Below are positions 32,824-43,812 of a DNA stretch of 64,000 nucleotides, piece after piece. Numbering within the stretch: position 1 is the stretch's first letter; each line of letters starts with the position of its first letter. The DNA is taken from positions 1,248,001-1,312,000 of the forward strand of contig CAVYKI010000003.1 of the NCBI GenBank assembly GCA_963769025.1, read 5' to 3'. The notes beneath the pieces were generated by a model. That model was not told the origin of the DNA. It worked only from the letters and a program-made list of their open reading frames with translations, and did not search any database. The DNA comes from an uncultured Verrucomicrobiae bacterium (lineage in GTDB: Bacteria > Verrucomicrobiota > Verrucomicrobiia > Chthoniobacterales > Chthoniobacteraceae). A program made the translations under genes and the position numbers.

Positions 32824-33377
32824 TTATTGCGCCGTGGCGCGGCGCTTCAGCAGTCCGGTGAATTTCGATTTCCCGGGCTGGACCCGGCCCGTATCACCGG
32901 CCTGCCCCTCGAGCCGCAGTCCGTGATTTGCCCAGTCGAAGATGCCGCCTTCGAGCACCTGGACGCGCGAGTAACCGCGTTGCACGAGGCTCACCGCGAC
33001 CGGAAATGCGTCGTCCCCGACAGCGTCGTAGATCACGAACGAATCCTCCGTCCTTTCCGGGAAATCCGAAGGACTCTGGCGTGTCCGAGACGGCCATGTG
33101 TCGCGCGCCCGGCAGGTGGCTGTAGTCATACTCGGCCTGCGGGCGCACATCGATGATGACCGGCTTCGGCCCCGTCGGTTTTCGCGAGCCAGCCCCTGAG
33201 TCCTTCCGAGTCGATGCGGCGGATGGCGGGGTAACGGTCGCGGAGGTCTTCCTTTGTCCGTTCCCAGCGCCACGGCAGGTAGGCGAGCCACAGCGCGAAG
33301 GCCGACGCCGCGAGCAAAGCCAGTAGCGTGACGCGAAAAGGCGTGAAGCGCTGGCGGGCGGCGCGTTTCTTCATCAC
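32824..33377 (-). CDS. Membrane-anchored rhodanese-like protein (frameshifted)
   Basis: N-terminal TM; DVR..AEYDYSHLPGA, LEGGIFDWAN. Confidence 0.75.
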
Positions 33378-33744
33378 TTAGAACTTCACCGGCGCCCTGC
33401 GCTTCGTCGGGCCCGACTTGTTCTCCACGATGTGGGTGACGGAGCCGTCGAGCCGTATCCGCATGCCGATCTCCTTGTCGCCTTCGAGCATCATCGGCCG
33501 CGACCAGCTCACGACCCACGAGTTTGTGCCGCGAAGGAGCGAGTCCTGTTCGAGCACGATGGAGACGATGTGGGGCGCGTCCTTCCCGCGGGTCAGCGAG
33601 GTAATCCGCCGCGATCTTCGCGACCTTGAGGGCGTCGATCCGCGGCGCGTCCTCGGCGTGGGCGGCCGGCAGAAGGGCCAGCGCGCCGAGCACGATGGCG
33701 GCGCACTTTGCATGGCAGGAATGGAAGAGGGATGCGTGTTTCAT
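33378..33744 (-). CDS. Small secreted hypothetical protein (frameshift near 33597)
   Basis: Signal peptide ending AAHA; C-terminal half in a second frame; ATGA overlap with fba. Confidence 0.6.
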
Positions 33745-34710
33745 TTGCCGAGTGATTTCCTGATTTCCGGGATCGTCCCGGCGCTGCCGAGCAGCGTGTT
33801 CCGGCTGGCGATGAACTTGGCGTATTCGTCCATGAAGATCTTGCCCGGCGGGCGGAAGTCGAACTCGGCCGGCTTGTCGCGGAAAAATTCGCGATGCACG
33901 CGCGTCCAGACGAGGCGGCCGTCGGTGTCGATGTTCACCTTCGTCACGCCGAGCTTCGCGGCGGGGAGGTATTCCTCTTCGTTCACGCCGCAGGCGCTCG
34001 GGTCGAGCTTGCCGCCGGCGGCGTTGATGCGCGCGACCTCCTCCTTCGGCACGGACGACGAGCCGTGCATGACGATCGGCACGGGCGGCAGGCCCGCGGC
34101 TTTGATGATGTCGCGGATTTTCTCGATCACGTCGAAGTGCAGCGACTGCTGGCCCTTGAATTTGTAGGCGCCGTGGCTGGTGCCGATCGCCGCCGCCAGC
34201 GAGTCGCAGCCGGTCTTCTGGATGAACTCCACCGCTTCGTCGGGATTCGTCAGGCAGGCGTTGCCTTCGTCGACCACGATGTCCTCCTCCACGCCGCCGA
34301 GCATGCCGAGTTCGGCCTCGACGCTGATGCCCTTGGCGTGCGCGCGATCGCACGACGCGCTTGGTGATCTCGATGTTCTTCTCGAACGGATCGTGCGAGG
34401 CGTCGATCATCACCGAGCTGTAGAAGCCGGAGTCGATGCAGTCGTAGCACGTCTCCTCGTCGCCGTGATCGAGATGCACGGCGAAGATGGCCTCCGGGAA
34501 AATCTCCTCGGCGGTGCGGATGATCGCCTCGAGCATCCGCTTGTCGGTGTACTTCCGCGCGCCCTTCGAGATCTGGATGATGAACGGCGCCTGGCTGTCG
34601 ATGCAGCCCCGGAACAGGCCCATCGTCTGCTCGGCGTTGTTGATGTTGTAGGCACCGATGGCGAACTTGCCGTAGGCGACCTTGTAGAGCTGCGCGGTGG
34701 TGACGATCAT
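33741..34710 (-). CDS. fba: Class II fructose-bisphosphate aldolase (frameshift near 34350)
   Basis: VHLDHG, SSVMIDAS, IGTSHGAYK, VMHGSSS, KVNIDTD. Confidence 0.95.
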
Positions 34711-34903
34711 TCCCGCAAGTGGAAGTGCATCGCGCGCATTCCGGCAAGTGCAGAGTGAACCGAAACCGGCGCGGAAAACCGATGCCGCTCCTGTGGCGAC
34801 AACAAAAAAAGTGCGGTCCCGGGCGGATTTCGTGTTGCCTGCAATGTGCGGAAACGCGTAGTCAATGCGCCCGAAACCAGCACTCCACCCCTACCCAACT
34901 ATC

Positions 34904-35221
34904 ATGAAAACACGATTCAGAACACTCATCGCAGCAGTCTCGGGCCTCGTCCTTTGCGCGTGCGCAAACCCCTACGCCAGCCAGATCGCCGCGCTCGACG
35001 CGAACTATGCCGCCGGCAAAATCAGCCGGAGGAGCTATGTGGCCCAGCGCAACGAGCTGGAAGTGCAGAAGGCTCAGGTGGACCGTGAAAACGCGGCGCT
35101 TGCCATTGGCGTAGCTTCAGTCGGCACCCAGATCGCCGGCATCGCCACGCGTCCCAGCGGCGGTGGTGGGGGCGGACCTCGCGGTGGTGGTCCCGGCGGC
35201 GGCGGACGCCCCCCTCGCTAA
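34904..35221 (+). CDS. Small lipoprotein
   Basis: Lipobox LCAC; Gly/Pro tail; followed by a terminator. Confidence 0.7.
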   Translation: MKTRFRTLIAAVSGLVLCACANPYASQIAALDANYAAGKISRRSYVAQRNELEVQKAQVDRENAALAIGVASVGTQIAGIATRPSGGGGGGPRGGGPGGGGRPPR

Positions 35222-35257
35222 CGGATTGACACTGCCACATCGGCAATCCTGACATTC

Positions 35258-35300
35258 GACGCCCGCGTTTGGCCCGTGCCGAGCGCGGGCGTTTTCTTTT
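35258..35300 (+). terminator. Intrinsic terminator
   Basis: GACGCCCGCGTTTGGC-CCGT-GCCGAGCGCGGGCGTT followed by TTCTTTT. Confidence 0.75.
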
Positions 35301-35468
35301 CCGGAACCCGGCGGGTCGCGCACGCGCAGGGCTCGGCAGCCGAAACGCCGACGCGTGCACGGGCATCGAAGGATTGATTTTGTTCGTGCAAGCCGCGCGA
35401 CGGACGGCATAAGAACCGCTCTTTCCGGCGGGCCCGCCCGCCCAAATCATATCACTAGCCACCATTCC

Positions 35469-37688
35469 ATGAAACGCCGCCATCTCCACGCGCTGTTCGC
35501 GCCTGTCATCACCCTCGCCATCGCCACCACTTTTGTCGCTTGCGACAAGAAGACGGCTGACCAAACCGCAAAACCGCCGACAGCCCCGGGTGAAGCACCC
35601 GGCGCTGCGGAGAAAATCGTGGAGGCGGTCAAGGAAGTCGTCGCGCCAGCGACCCCGGCGGATCTTGCGAAGATCCGCGACGCATACGGCATCGCGGCAC
35701 AGCTCCCGAAGGACGTCGAGGCTTTCTCCGTGAACCTCCGGCTGCACGATCTCTGGGTGAAGCTGAGCAACAGCAATTGGTCGGCGGTGCTGGTCAATCT
35801 GCCCGTGCTCAAACAGGATCCGAAATTCCAGCAATTCCTCCAACAGTGGAACTCGCCCCAGGCGGCGAAGGCAAAGGATATTCTCGAAGCCCTGCTAGGC
35901 AACGAGATCGCCGTGGCATACCCGGCCGGCTTTACGGAAAAGGCGATGCCGTGGATCGACCTTTTTGCCGAGGTGCAGGGACTCCAGATGCAGCGTGCCA
36001 TCATGACCGCGATGAGCGGCGGCCGCCCGCCGGATTCGGCGAAGGTGCTCCGTGAAGCTGCGCCCGAGATCGTCCCCGCGCTGGTGAAATGCGACTTTCC
36101 GCCGATGTTGATCGCCCTCAAGGCCGCAAAGGCGAAGGCGGACATCGACGGCGGTATCGGCATGGCGCTCCAGCAGCTCGGCATGCGCCTGCCTCCGGGC
36201 GTGGGAATCGGCAAATTCAAACTCGCCGACAAATATGACTTTCAAAACGTCACCCTCAACGCCGCGAAGCTCATCGAGGCGATGCAGGAGGAGAAGATCC
36301 GCGCGCAGCTCGCGGACATGCTCGGCGACGAAGCCAAGGCCAAGCAGGCTGTGGAAGCATTGAAGAAAAAGACGATCGAAATCGCATGGGGCTGGGTGGG
36401 CGACTACCTGTTCGTCTCCTTCGGCGCCGACCATGCGCATCTCAAGTTCGCCGGCAGCGATGCGGACAGCGCGCTCGCCATCCCCACCGTCGCGCGCCGC
36501 GCCGCGCAGTTCCTCGACAAGAAGCCGCTCGGCCTCGGTTACGCGAGCGCCGGCATGTTTGAAAAGCTGCACGGCAAGCTCGAGTTTGCGGACGCGTTCA
36601 AGAAGATCTCCGATGAACTGAACGGCCTGCTCAAACCCGAGCAGATCACCGCCATGCAGGCGGACGTGACGCGCATCGAAGGAAAGGCGCAGGCCCTCTA
36701 CGCCGCGAAATTCGACCCGATGGTCAGCGTGAGCTTCTGGGAAGGCGGCATCCGCGGGGAAGGCTTTGGCGGGACGCGCCAGACAGCGTTCGACACCTCC
36801 AAGCCGCTCACCTTTGGCTCGCTCCTGTCGAAGTCTGTGTTCTTCTTTGCCGACGGGCGTTGCAACCCCGCCAATGAAGGAAAGTACGCCGACCTGATCG
36901 AGGAAAGCGCTGCGACCCTCTGGAGCTGGTACGAGAAGTACGGCCGGACGATGGTGCCGGAAAATGAACGCCAGGGCGCCGCGATGATCGAGGCCATGGG
37001 CGTTCCGATGGTGAAGGATTTCTGGGCCGCCTGCCGGACCATGGCGAAGGCGCTCGGCGACGAAACCGCCTTCGTCCTCGACCTGAATGGCAGCGTGCCG
37101 AAGATCCCGAATCTCCCGCCCGCGTTCGCCGACGGGAAAGTGCCGCGCATTGCCTGGGTGGCGGAGTTGAAAAACCGCGCCGGCGTGAGCGAGGCATGGA
37201 AAGGCTTCGACAAGATCATCAAGCAGGTTGCCGCGTTCGCACCGGGCGGCGCACCGATCCCCGCGCCGCAGTTGAAAACGGAAGGCGACGTGGAAATCCA
37301 CTTCATCGAGCCGCCGATCCCGACCGACGACTTCCTGCCGCACGTCGCGATCTCGAAGGATCGCTGGATCCTCAGCAGCTCGCCGAGTCTCACCAAGGAA
37401 ATTTCCTCGAAGGCGTCGGCCACCGGCGGAGCGCCCATGGGCAGCGAATGGCGCCTCCAAGTCCCCGCCGTCTGCGACCTCGCCGAGGCATGGCTGAAGG
37501 CCATCGACAAGAATCCGGCCGTCTTCATGCGCAGCAGCTACGACCAGCGGGAATTCGCAAAATTGCGCCCCACGTTCGGTGACTTGGTCCGGCTCGGCCG
37601 CGGCATCCAGTCCCTCGAATGGCGCGTCTTCAGCGAAGGCAGCGAGACGAGGAACAGCACCTACCTCAAGCTCGAGGACATCAAGTAA
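35469..37688 (+). CDS. Large hypothetical lipoprotein
   Basis: Lipobox FVAC; 739-aa uninterrupted ORF with host-like codons. Confidence 0.85.
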   Translation: MKRRHLHALFAPVITLAIATTFVACDKKTADQTAKPPTAPGEAPGAAEKIVEAVKEVVAPATPADLAKIRDAYGIAAQLPKDVEAFSVNLRLHDLWVKLSNSNWSAVLVNLPVLKQDPKFQQFLQQWNSPQAAKAKDILEALLGNEIAVAYPAGFTEKAMPWIDLFAEVQGLQMQRAIMTAMSGGRPPDSAKVLREAAPEIVPALVKCDFPPMLIALKAAKAKADIDGGIGMALQQLGMRLPPGVGIGKFKLADKYDFQNVTLNAAKLIEAMQEEKIRAQLADMLGDEAKAKQAVEALKKKTIEIAWGWVGDYLFVSFGADHAHLKFAGSDADSALAIPTVARRAAQFLDKKPLGLGYASAGMFEKLHGKLEFADAFKKISDELNGLLKPEQITAMQADVTRIEGKAQALYAAKFDPMVSVSFWEGGIRGEGFGGTRQTAFDTSKPLTFGSLLSKSVFFFADGRCNPANEGKYADLIEESAATLWSWYEKYGRTMVPENERQGAAMIEAMGVPMVKDFWAACRTMAKALGDETAFVLDLNGSVPKIPNLPPAFADGKVPRIAWVAELKNRAGVSEAWKGFDKIIKQVAAFAPGGAPIPAPQLKTEGDVEIHFIEPPIPTDDFLPHVAISKDRWILSSSPSLTKEISSKASATGGAPMGSEWRLQVPAVCDLAEAWLKAIDKNPAVFMRSSYDQREFAKLRPTFGDLVRLGRGIQSLEWRVFSEGSETRNSTYLKLEDIK

Positions 37689-37695
37689 TCCGCGC

Positions 37696-38430
37696 TCAGT
37701 AGCGCAGCACCCGCGCGAGAAACGTGCGGCATTCAGACGACTCCGGCGCGCCAAACAGGCGTTCCGGAGTCGCTTGTTCCACGACCTTTCCTTCAGCGAG
37801 AAAGACGACCGCGTCGCCCACCCGGCGGGCGAAACCCATCTCGTGCGTGACGAGGATGAAGCTCCGCCCCTCGGTCTTCAGCTCCTCGATCAGTTCGAGC
37901 ACCTCTGCCGTCATTTCCGGGTCGAGCGCCGAGGTTGGCTCGTCGAAAAGCAGCAGCCCTGGCTGCGCGGCGATCGCCCGCGCGATGGCCACGCGCTGCT
38001 TCTGCCCGCCGGAAAGTTCCGCCGGCCTCTTCATCGCGTGTGCGTCGAGGGCGAAGCGCCGCAGCGTCGCCATCGCCGTCTCCCGCGCCTGCTCCGGCGT
38101 GTGGCCATGCACCTTCTCCAGCGCGAGCGTGATGTTCTCCAGCGCCGTGAGATGCGGGAAAAGATTGAACGCCTGGAACACGACCCCCAGCCGCCGCCGG
38201 TGCGCCCGCAGCTTTTCCTCCGACGAATAATCCACGACCTCGCCATCGAACGCCACGCTCCCCGCGTCCGGCGCCTCGAGCCCGGCGATCGTCCGCAGCA
38301 CCGTGCTTTTCCCGCCGCCGGATGGCCCGATGAACACGACCGCGCGCGCATCGCCGAAGTCCGCTGTGACCCCGTCGAGCACCGTCTTCCCCGCGAAAGC
38401 CTTCCGAACGCCATCCAGCCGCAGCTTCAT
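37696..38430 (-). CDS. Amino-acid ABC transporter ATP-binding protein (GlnQ-like)
   Basis: GPSGGGKST, FQAFNLFPHLTALEN, LSGGQKQRVAIARA, FDEPTSALDPE. Confidence 0.93.
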   Translation of the reverse strand: MKLRLDGVRKAFAGKTVLDGVTADFGDARAVVFIGPSGGGKSTVLRTIAGLEAPDAGSVAFDGEVVDYSSEEKLRAHRRRLGVVFQAFNLFPHLTALENITLALEKVHGHTPEQARETAMATLRRFALDAHAMKRPAELSGGQKQRVAIARAIAAQPGLLLFDEPTSALDPEMTAEVLELIEELKTEGRSFILVTHEMGFARRVGDAVVFLAEGKVVEQATPERLFGAPESSECRTFLARVLRY

Positions 38431-38434
38431 CGTG

Positions 38435-39424
38435 CTAGGTCGGATTCGCGCGGAGGGTTTCAGCGATGATCTCGTCGCTCGTCCGCCCCTCGGCCTCGCC
38501 CTCGAAGTTCAAAATGATCCGGTGCCGCAGCGCCGCGAGCGCGCCTTTCGCGATGTCCGCCTTCGCCACGTGGCACCGCCCATCCAGCAGCGCGTAGATT
38601 TTCGCCGCGAGAATCAGCGCCTGCGCGCCGCGCGGGCTGGCACCGTAGCGGACGAATTTCTTCGCGAGCGGCACCGCGCCCGGATCGTCCGGGTGCGTCG
38701 AAAGCACGAGCTTCACCGCATACTCCTGCACCTCGCGCACGAGCGGCACCTGCCGCACCACATCGCGCAGCGTCAGCACCTCCGCCGCGTCGTTCACGAC
38801 CTTCTCGACGTGCGGCACGGCGGCGCTCGTCGTGCGATCGAGGATCGCGTGCAGTTCGTCGCTGCTCGGGTAGCGCACCTTCACCTTGAAAAGAAACCGG
38901 TCGAGCTGCGCCTCCGGCAGCGGATACGTGCCCTCCATCTCCAGCGGATTCTGCGTCGCGAGCACGAGGAACGGCTTCGGCAGCGCGTGCTGTTGGCCGC
39001 CCACCGTCACGTGCGCCTCCTGCATCGCCTCGAGCAGCGCGCTCTGCGTCTTCGGCGTCGCGCGGTTGATTTCATCCGCGAGCAGCAGGTTCGCAAAAAC
39101 CGGCCCTTGCCGGAACTGGAACATGCGCCGCCCGTGCTCGTCCTCGTGGATGATGTTCGTCCCGACGATGTCCGCCGGCATGAGGTCCGGCGTGAACTGG
39201 ATGCGCGAAAACTGCAGGTTCACCGCCTCGCCGAGCGTGCGCACGAGCATCGTCTTGCCGAGCCCCGGCACGCCTTCGAGCAGCACGTGCCCGCCCGTGA
39301 AAAGCGCGACCAGCACGCTCTCGATCACATCATCCTGCCCGACGATCATCTTCCCCATCTCCTGCTGGATGCGGCGGAACGTGGTGCGAAATTGCGCAAG
39401 TCGTGGTTCGAGGGATTCGCTCAT
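38435..39424 (-). CDS. moxR: MoxR family AAA+ ATPase
   Basis: EGVPGLGKT, RIQFTPDLMPAD, DEINRATPKTQSALLEAMQE, YPLPEAQLDRF. Confidence 0.95.
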   Translation of the reverse strand: MSESLEPRLAQFRTTFRRIQQEMGKMIVGQDDVIESVLVALFTGGHVLLEGVPGLGKTMLVRTLGEAVNLQFSRIQFTPDLMPADIVGTNIIHEDEHGRRMFQFRQGPVFANLLLADEINRATPKTQSALLEAMQEAHVTVGGQQHALPKPFLVLATQNPLEMEGTYPLPEAQLDRFLFKVKVRYPSSDELHAILDRTTSAAVPHVEKVVNDAAEVLTLRDVVRQVPLVREVQEYAVKLVLSTHPDDPGAVPLAKKFVRYGASPRGAQALILAAKIYALLDGRCHVAKADIAKGALAALRHRIILNFEGEAEGRTSDEIIAETLRANPT

Positions 39425-39443
39425 GGTTGGAAAAAGTGTGCGG

Positions 39444-41072
39444 CTATTGCTTCGGCCGGATCGCCTGAAAGTAACGCCTGATGAGGAAGCGCGCGCCAAG
39501 CGGGATATTCTCCTGCGTCACCGCGTCCTCCGCCGCAGAAGACGCCGCGTCGTAGAGTTCCCGGTAGCGCCGCTCCGCCTTTTCGTCGCCCGCCGCCGCG
39601 CTCGGAATCAGCACGGAAAGCGACTCGCCATCCGCGAGCTGCCCGGTGGCCTGCTCCTTGCGCGCCGCGTCTTTCGTCGCGGCGGACTGTGCGCCGAACG
39701 GATCTTTCGTCGTGTCCTTGTCCCCGTCACTTCCCGGTTTTCCCGATGGTGAATTGAGACCGTCATCGGGCATCTCCCCCGGCCTTTCGCTGCTAGCGAA
39801 ATTCAGCATCGCCACCCTGCCCTCGCCGTTCGGGTCGCCGTCCTTGGGCTCGCCCGGTTGCGGCCCACCGCCCTGCGGTCCGTCTCCCTGCTGCTGATCC
39901 TTCAGGTTCTGCAACGCGCCCAGCAGCCGCTTCAAATCCTCGTCGGTCATCTTTTTCTGCGCGCCTTGCTGCTGCCCGCCTTTTCCTTCGCGCGCGACAG
40001 CCTTTCCCTGCTGGGCAAGTTCGTTCAACGCATCCGCGATCTGCTTCATCAAATCCTGCCGTCCGCCCGCCTGCTGCTGCAATTTCTCGATCTGCTTCGA
40101 CACCTGCTCGCGCCGTTCCGCGAGATGATCGAGCGCCTGCTTCAAGGTGTCATTCACCTGCTCCGCCGATGGCGCATCCTGCTCCGCCGCAGTCTGCGCG
40201 AGCTTCTTCGCTGCGCCCGCGAGATCGCCGGACTGCATGTCCTTCGCCGCACCGCGCGTCTGCTCGTGCTTTGCGAGCGCCCCGGCGAGCGCCTTCAGTT
40301 CCTCCGGCGTCGCAGCCTCGGGCCGGCGGAGCTGCTTCACGAGTTCCTCGAGGTTCGCCAGTTCGCGCAGCGCCGCCTTGCGCGCGTCCTTCCCGTCCGC
40401 GGCTTCCGCCCGCATCTGCAATGCACTCTGCCGCAGCCGCTCCGCGATCCATTTCATCTCCTTCTCGTTGGTTTCGTTCGCCTGGATTTCCGTGAGCTTC
40501 GCCATGCGTTCGATCTGTTTCACCGTGTCGGAAATCGCAGTTGTCTCCTCGGCCGCGCGCTGATCCTTCGCCGCCGCGGCATTCATCGCATTCCACCACA
40601 GCAGCGCGAGCATCGCGACCGGCACCAAAATCCACGGCAGCTCGCGCGGCAGGCGCACCGGCATCAGCGGACGCAAATTGCGCCCGTGCGCAAAGCCGGC
40701 GATTTCCTTCATCGCCAGCGACTCCAGTTCATTCGCGCCCGACTTCTCCGCGAGCCGCAGCCCGGTGACGAACCGATCCCGCGTCGCGCCCGCGCCGTCG
40801 AGCGAACGCGCCACGCGCTCCAGCCGCGGAAAATTCAGCACTGCGATCACCAGCGCCGCGAGCGCGCCGAACACGAAAGGCCACGTGAGCACGATCGGGA
40901 TGTCCGCCAGATTCGGACGAAAGCCTCCGCCCCACCACGCCACAGCCGTGAGCAGCACGAGGATGCCGAAGAAAAAGAGCGCGGCCCGCGCCGTGCTCCT
41001 CAGCAGATCGCCCAGCGCCATCCGCCACCGCAGCGCGCGGAGGGTGCGGAGGATTTCAGCGGCAGGAGTCAT
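39444..41072 (-). CDS. Membrane-anchored coiled-coil hypothetical protein
   Basis: Three N-terminal TM, long Q/E/A helical region, C-terminal IPLGARFLIRRYF. Confidence 0.8.
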   Translation of the reverse strand: MTPAAEILRTLRALRWRMALGDLLRSTARAALFFFGILVLLTAVAWWGGGFRPNLADIPIVLTWPFVFGALAALVIAVLNFPRLERVARSLDGAGATRDRFVTGLRLAEKSGANELESLAMKEIAGFAHGRNLRPLMPVRLPRELPWILVPVAMLALLWWNAMNAAAAKDQRAAEETTAISDTVKQIERMAKLTEIQANETNEKEMKWIAERLRQSALQMRAEAADGKDARKAALRELANLEELVKQLRRPEAATPEELKALAGALAKHEQTRGAAKDMQSGDLAGAAKKLAQTAAEQDAPSAEQVNDTLKQALDHLAERREQVSKQIEKLQQQAGGRQDLMKQIADALNELAQQGKAVAREGKGGQQQGAQKKMTDEDLKRLLGALQNLKDQQQGDGPQGGGPQPGEPKDGDPNGEGRVAMLNFASSERPGEMPDDGLNSPSGKPGSDGDKDTTKDPFGAQSAATKDAARKEQATGQLADGESLSVLIPSAAAGDEKAERRYRELYDAASSAAEDAVTQENIPLGARFLIRRYFQAIRPKQ

Positions 41073-41152
41073 GGAACCCCGACGCTAGACGAACCCGCAG
41101 CCCATGCAACCGCCCGCTGACTCCCTCTTGCCCCGCGCGCCCCGTCCGTGCG

Positions 41153-41611
41153 ATGGATTCGCCCATGCAAATTCCCGTCACCGACCTCACCCAGCGCCCG
41201 CCGCGCAGCGTCCGCACCCGCCTCGGCGGCTATGCGCTGCTGCCGCGGATGCTCGACAAATGCCGCGCCGAACTCGCCGGCACCGCGGGCTCGTTCCATT
41301 ACGCCTGCCCGAACGACCAACGCATCCTCACCTTCCTCGGCATCGACGCCGACGCGCTGCGCACCGAGGTCGCGAGCGGCAAGGGTGACGGCGAGCTCCT
41401 CGCGTGGATCACGTTGAACCAGCGCAACCGCTACACCCCCGAGGAAATCGAGACGTGGAGCAGTTCGATGGACAAGCGACGCCCGTCGCCGGAGGACCGG
41501 GAGAAATTCGATCAATATCTCGCCGAGTGCGGTCCGAACCGCTGCGACATCCAATGCTGGCCCGAACTGCTCGACCTCGACGACTTCGTCTCCTACGGCG
41601 GCAAGGCTTGA
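41153..41611 (+). CDS. DUF5069-like protein
   Basis: DLTQRPPRS..RLGGYALLPRMLDKCRA...YACPND...LDLDD. Confidence 0.8.
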   Translation: MDSPMQIPVTDLTQRPPRSVRTRLGGYALLPRMLDKCRAELAGTAGSFHYACPNDQRILTFLGIDADALRTEVASGKGDGELLAWITLNQRNRYTPEEIETWSSSMDKRRPSPEDREKFDQYLAECGPNRCDIQCWPELLDLDDFVSYGGKA

Positions 41612-41755
41612 GCGTCAGGCTATGGCACGTTGCATGAAACAAGCGCACTTTCACGAGTGCGAGCGGTCGGGGCGATAGCGGCAAACTGTCAGGCAAGGCG
41701 CTGATTTTCCGTGCCGAGTGCGGGCGGATGGTGTCGATTCCCCGGCTCTCAAAAA

Positions 41756-43749
41756 ATGCTGACCATTTCCGCCATTTCAAAATCCTTCTCGGGGCGTGTG
41801 CTGTTCGAGGGTGCTTCTCTGCAGGTGAACCGTGGGGACCGCATCGGGCTCGTCGGGGCGAACGGGGCGGGGAAGTCCACACTGTTCTCGATCATCCTCG
41901 GCGAGGATACGCCGGACGACGGGCGCATCTCGATGGAACGCGGGATCACGTTCGGCTTTCTCCCGCAGGAAAGCGCGCCGGTGGGCGGCGAGACGGTGAT
42001 CGATCTCGCGACGGGCGTGACGCCCGAGTTGATCAAGGCGCGCGAGACGATGCGCCGCTGCGAGGCCGCGGGCGACACGGAGAGCGACGAATACCACGAG
42101 GCGATCGGCGATTTTGCGGAGAATGACGGGCACTCGATCACGGCGAAGGCGAAGCGGATTCTCTCGGGGCTGGCATTCCGCGAGAAGGATGTGGACCGCC
42201 CGGCGGCGGCGCTGAGCGGCGGCTGGATCATGCGCGCGCACCTCGCGCGGCTGCTCACGCAGGAGCCCGACTTGCTGCTGCTCGACGAGCCGACGAACCA
42301 TCTCGATCTCGAATCGCTCGTCTGGTTCCGCGAATATCTGCGCGGCTATCCCGGCGCGATCGTGATGATTTCGCATGACCGCGATTTCCTGAACCAGCTC
42401 GTGCGCGACATCGTGGAGATCGCGCGCTGCAAGCTGCACCGCTACCGCGGGAATTTCGACGCCTACCTCGCCGAGAAGGCCGCGCGCGATGTGCAGCACG
42501 CGGCGGCTTACGCAAATCAGCAGCGCGAGATCGATCGGCTGCAGGATTTCGTGGACCGCTTCCGCGCAAAGGCGAGCAAGGCGTCGCAGGCGCAGAGCAA
42601 GCTGAAGCAGATCGAGCGCATGGACCTGATCGAGGCGCCGCCGGATGCGGATGCGCGCGTGCGGTTCAGCTTCCCGCAGCCGCAGCGCAGCGGGCACCGC
42701 GTGATCACGCTCAAGGACGTGGACTTCGCGTATAATAAAAGCGCCGATGGCAGTGGCGGACTCACCGTTTACACCGGGCTGAATTTCGAGGCGGAGCGCA
42801 GCCAGCGCACCGTGCTCGTGGGGCCGAACGGCGCGGGGAAATCCACGCTCATCAAGCTGCTCGCGGGCATTCTCGAACCGCAGCGCGGCGAGCGGATTCT
42901 CGGGCACAATGTGCGCGCGGGATACTTCGCGCAGAATCGCGTGGAGCAGCTCAACATGCGGCAGACGGTGCTCGAGGCCGCGCAGGATTTGGCGTCGCGT
43001 CCCGGCGAACAGGCCGCCCGCTCGGTGCTGGGATCGTTCCTTTTCCGCGGCGACGATGTGTTCAAGCCGGTCGCCGTTTTGAGCGGCGGAGAAAAGTCGC
43101 GCCTCGCGCTCGCACGGCTGCTGCTCGATCCGCCGAATCTCATCCTCATGGACGAGCCGACGACGCATCTCGACATCCCGAGCATCGATGCGCTCATCGG
43201 CGCGCTGGAGCAGTATGAGGGCACGGTCATCTTCATCAGCCATGACGTGCATTTCATCCGCCGCGTCGCGAGCACCGTGCTGCACATCAGCGCCGGCCAG
43301 CTCACGCCCTACGCGGGCGACTACCAGTATTACCTCGATAAGACGCGCGCGACTTCCGCGAAGGAGGCGCTCGTGGCCGGCGAACAGCTCCACGATTTCC
43401 AACCCGCCGCCGCTGCGGCGGTAAAGCCGAAGGGCCCAGGCCTGAAGGAGATCAAGGAACGCGAACGCGCCGCCGCCAACGAACGCAAGGCCGCCGCGCA
43501 GGCGAAGCGCGACCGGGAAAAGCGCGTGACCGAACTCGAACAGAGCATCGCGACGATGGAGGGACGCCAGCGCGATCTGACGCAGCTTTTGCAAAACCCG
43601 ATCGTGCATGCGCCCGGCAGGCACAGCGCCGAATCTGTCGCGGGAACTCACCGAACTCACGAGGAAGCTCTACGGACCAGCAGGCCGAGTGGGAACGCGA
43701 ACTGGCGCTGATCGAGGCGGATGCTTCGCCGGCGACGCGTGAGCGGTAA
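41756..43749 (+). CDS. ABC-F family ATP-binding protein (frameshifts in the C-terminal coil)
   Basis: Two ATPase domains (GANGAGKS/LSGGW and GPNGAGKS/LSGGE), no TM; inferred end at TAA 43747-43749. Confidence 0.92.
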
Positions 43750-43751
43750 GT

Positions 43752-43809
43752 GGGCGCGCTCGGCGAGCGCGCCCTGCCGTGGCAGGGTGGCCTTGCCGAG
43801 GCCGCCCTG
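43752..43809. repeat. Twin GC-rich hairpins between convergent genes (REP-like or terminator)
   Basis: GGGCGCGCTC-GGC-GAGCGCGCCC and CAGGGTGGCCTT-GCC-GAGGCCGCCCTG. Confidence 0.65.
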
Positions 43810-43812
43810 TTC

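Noticed and set aside
32824..34710. 628-aa apparent aldolase-rhodanese fusion ORF
   Set aside because: It threads through three separate frameshifted genes; the middle is off-frame
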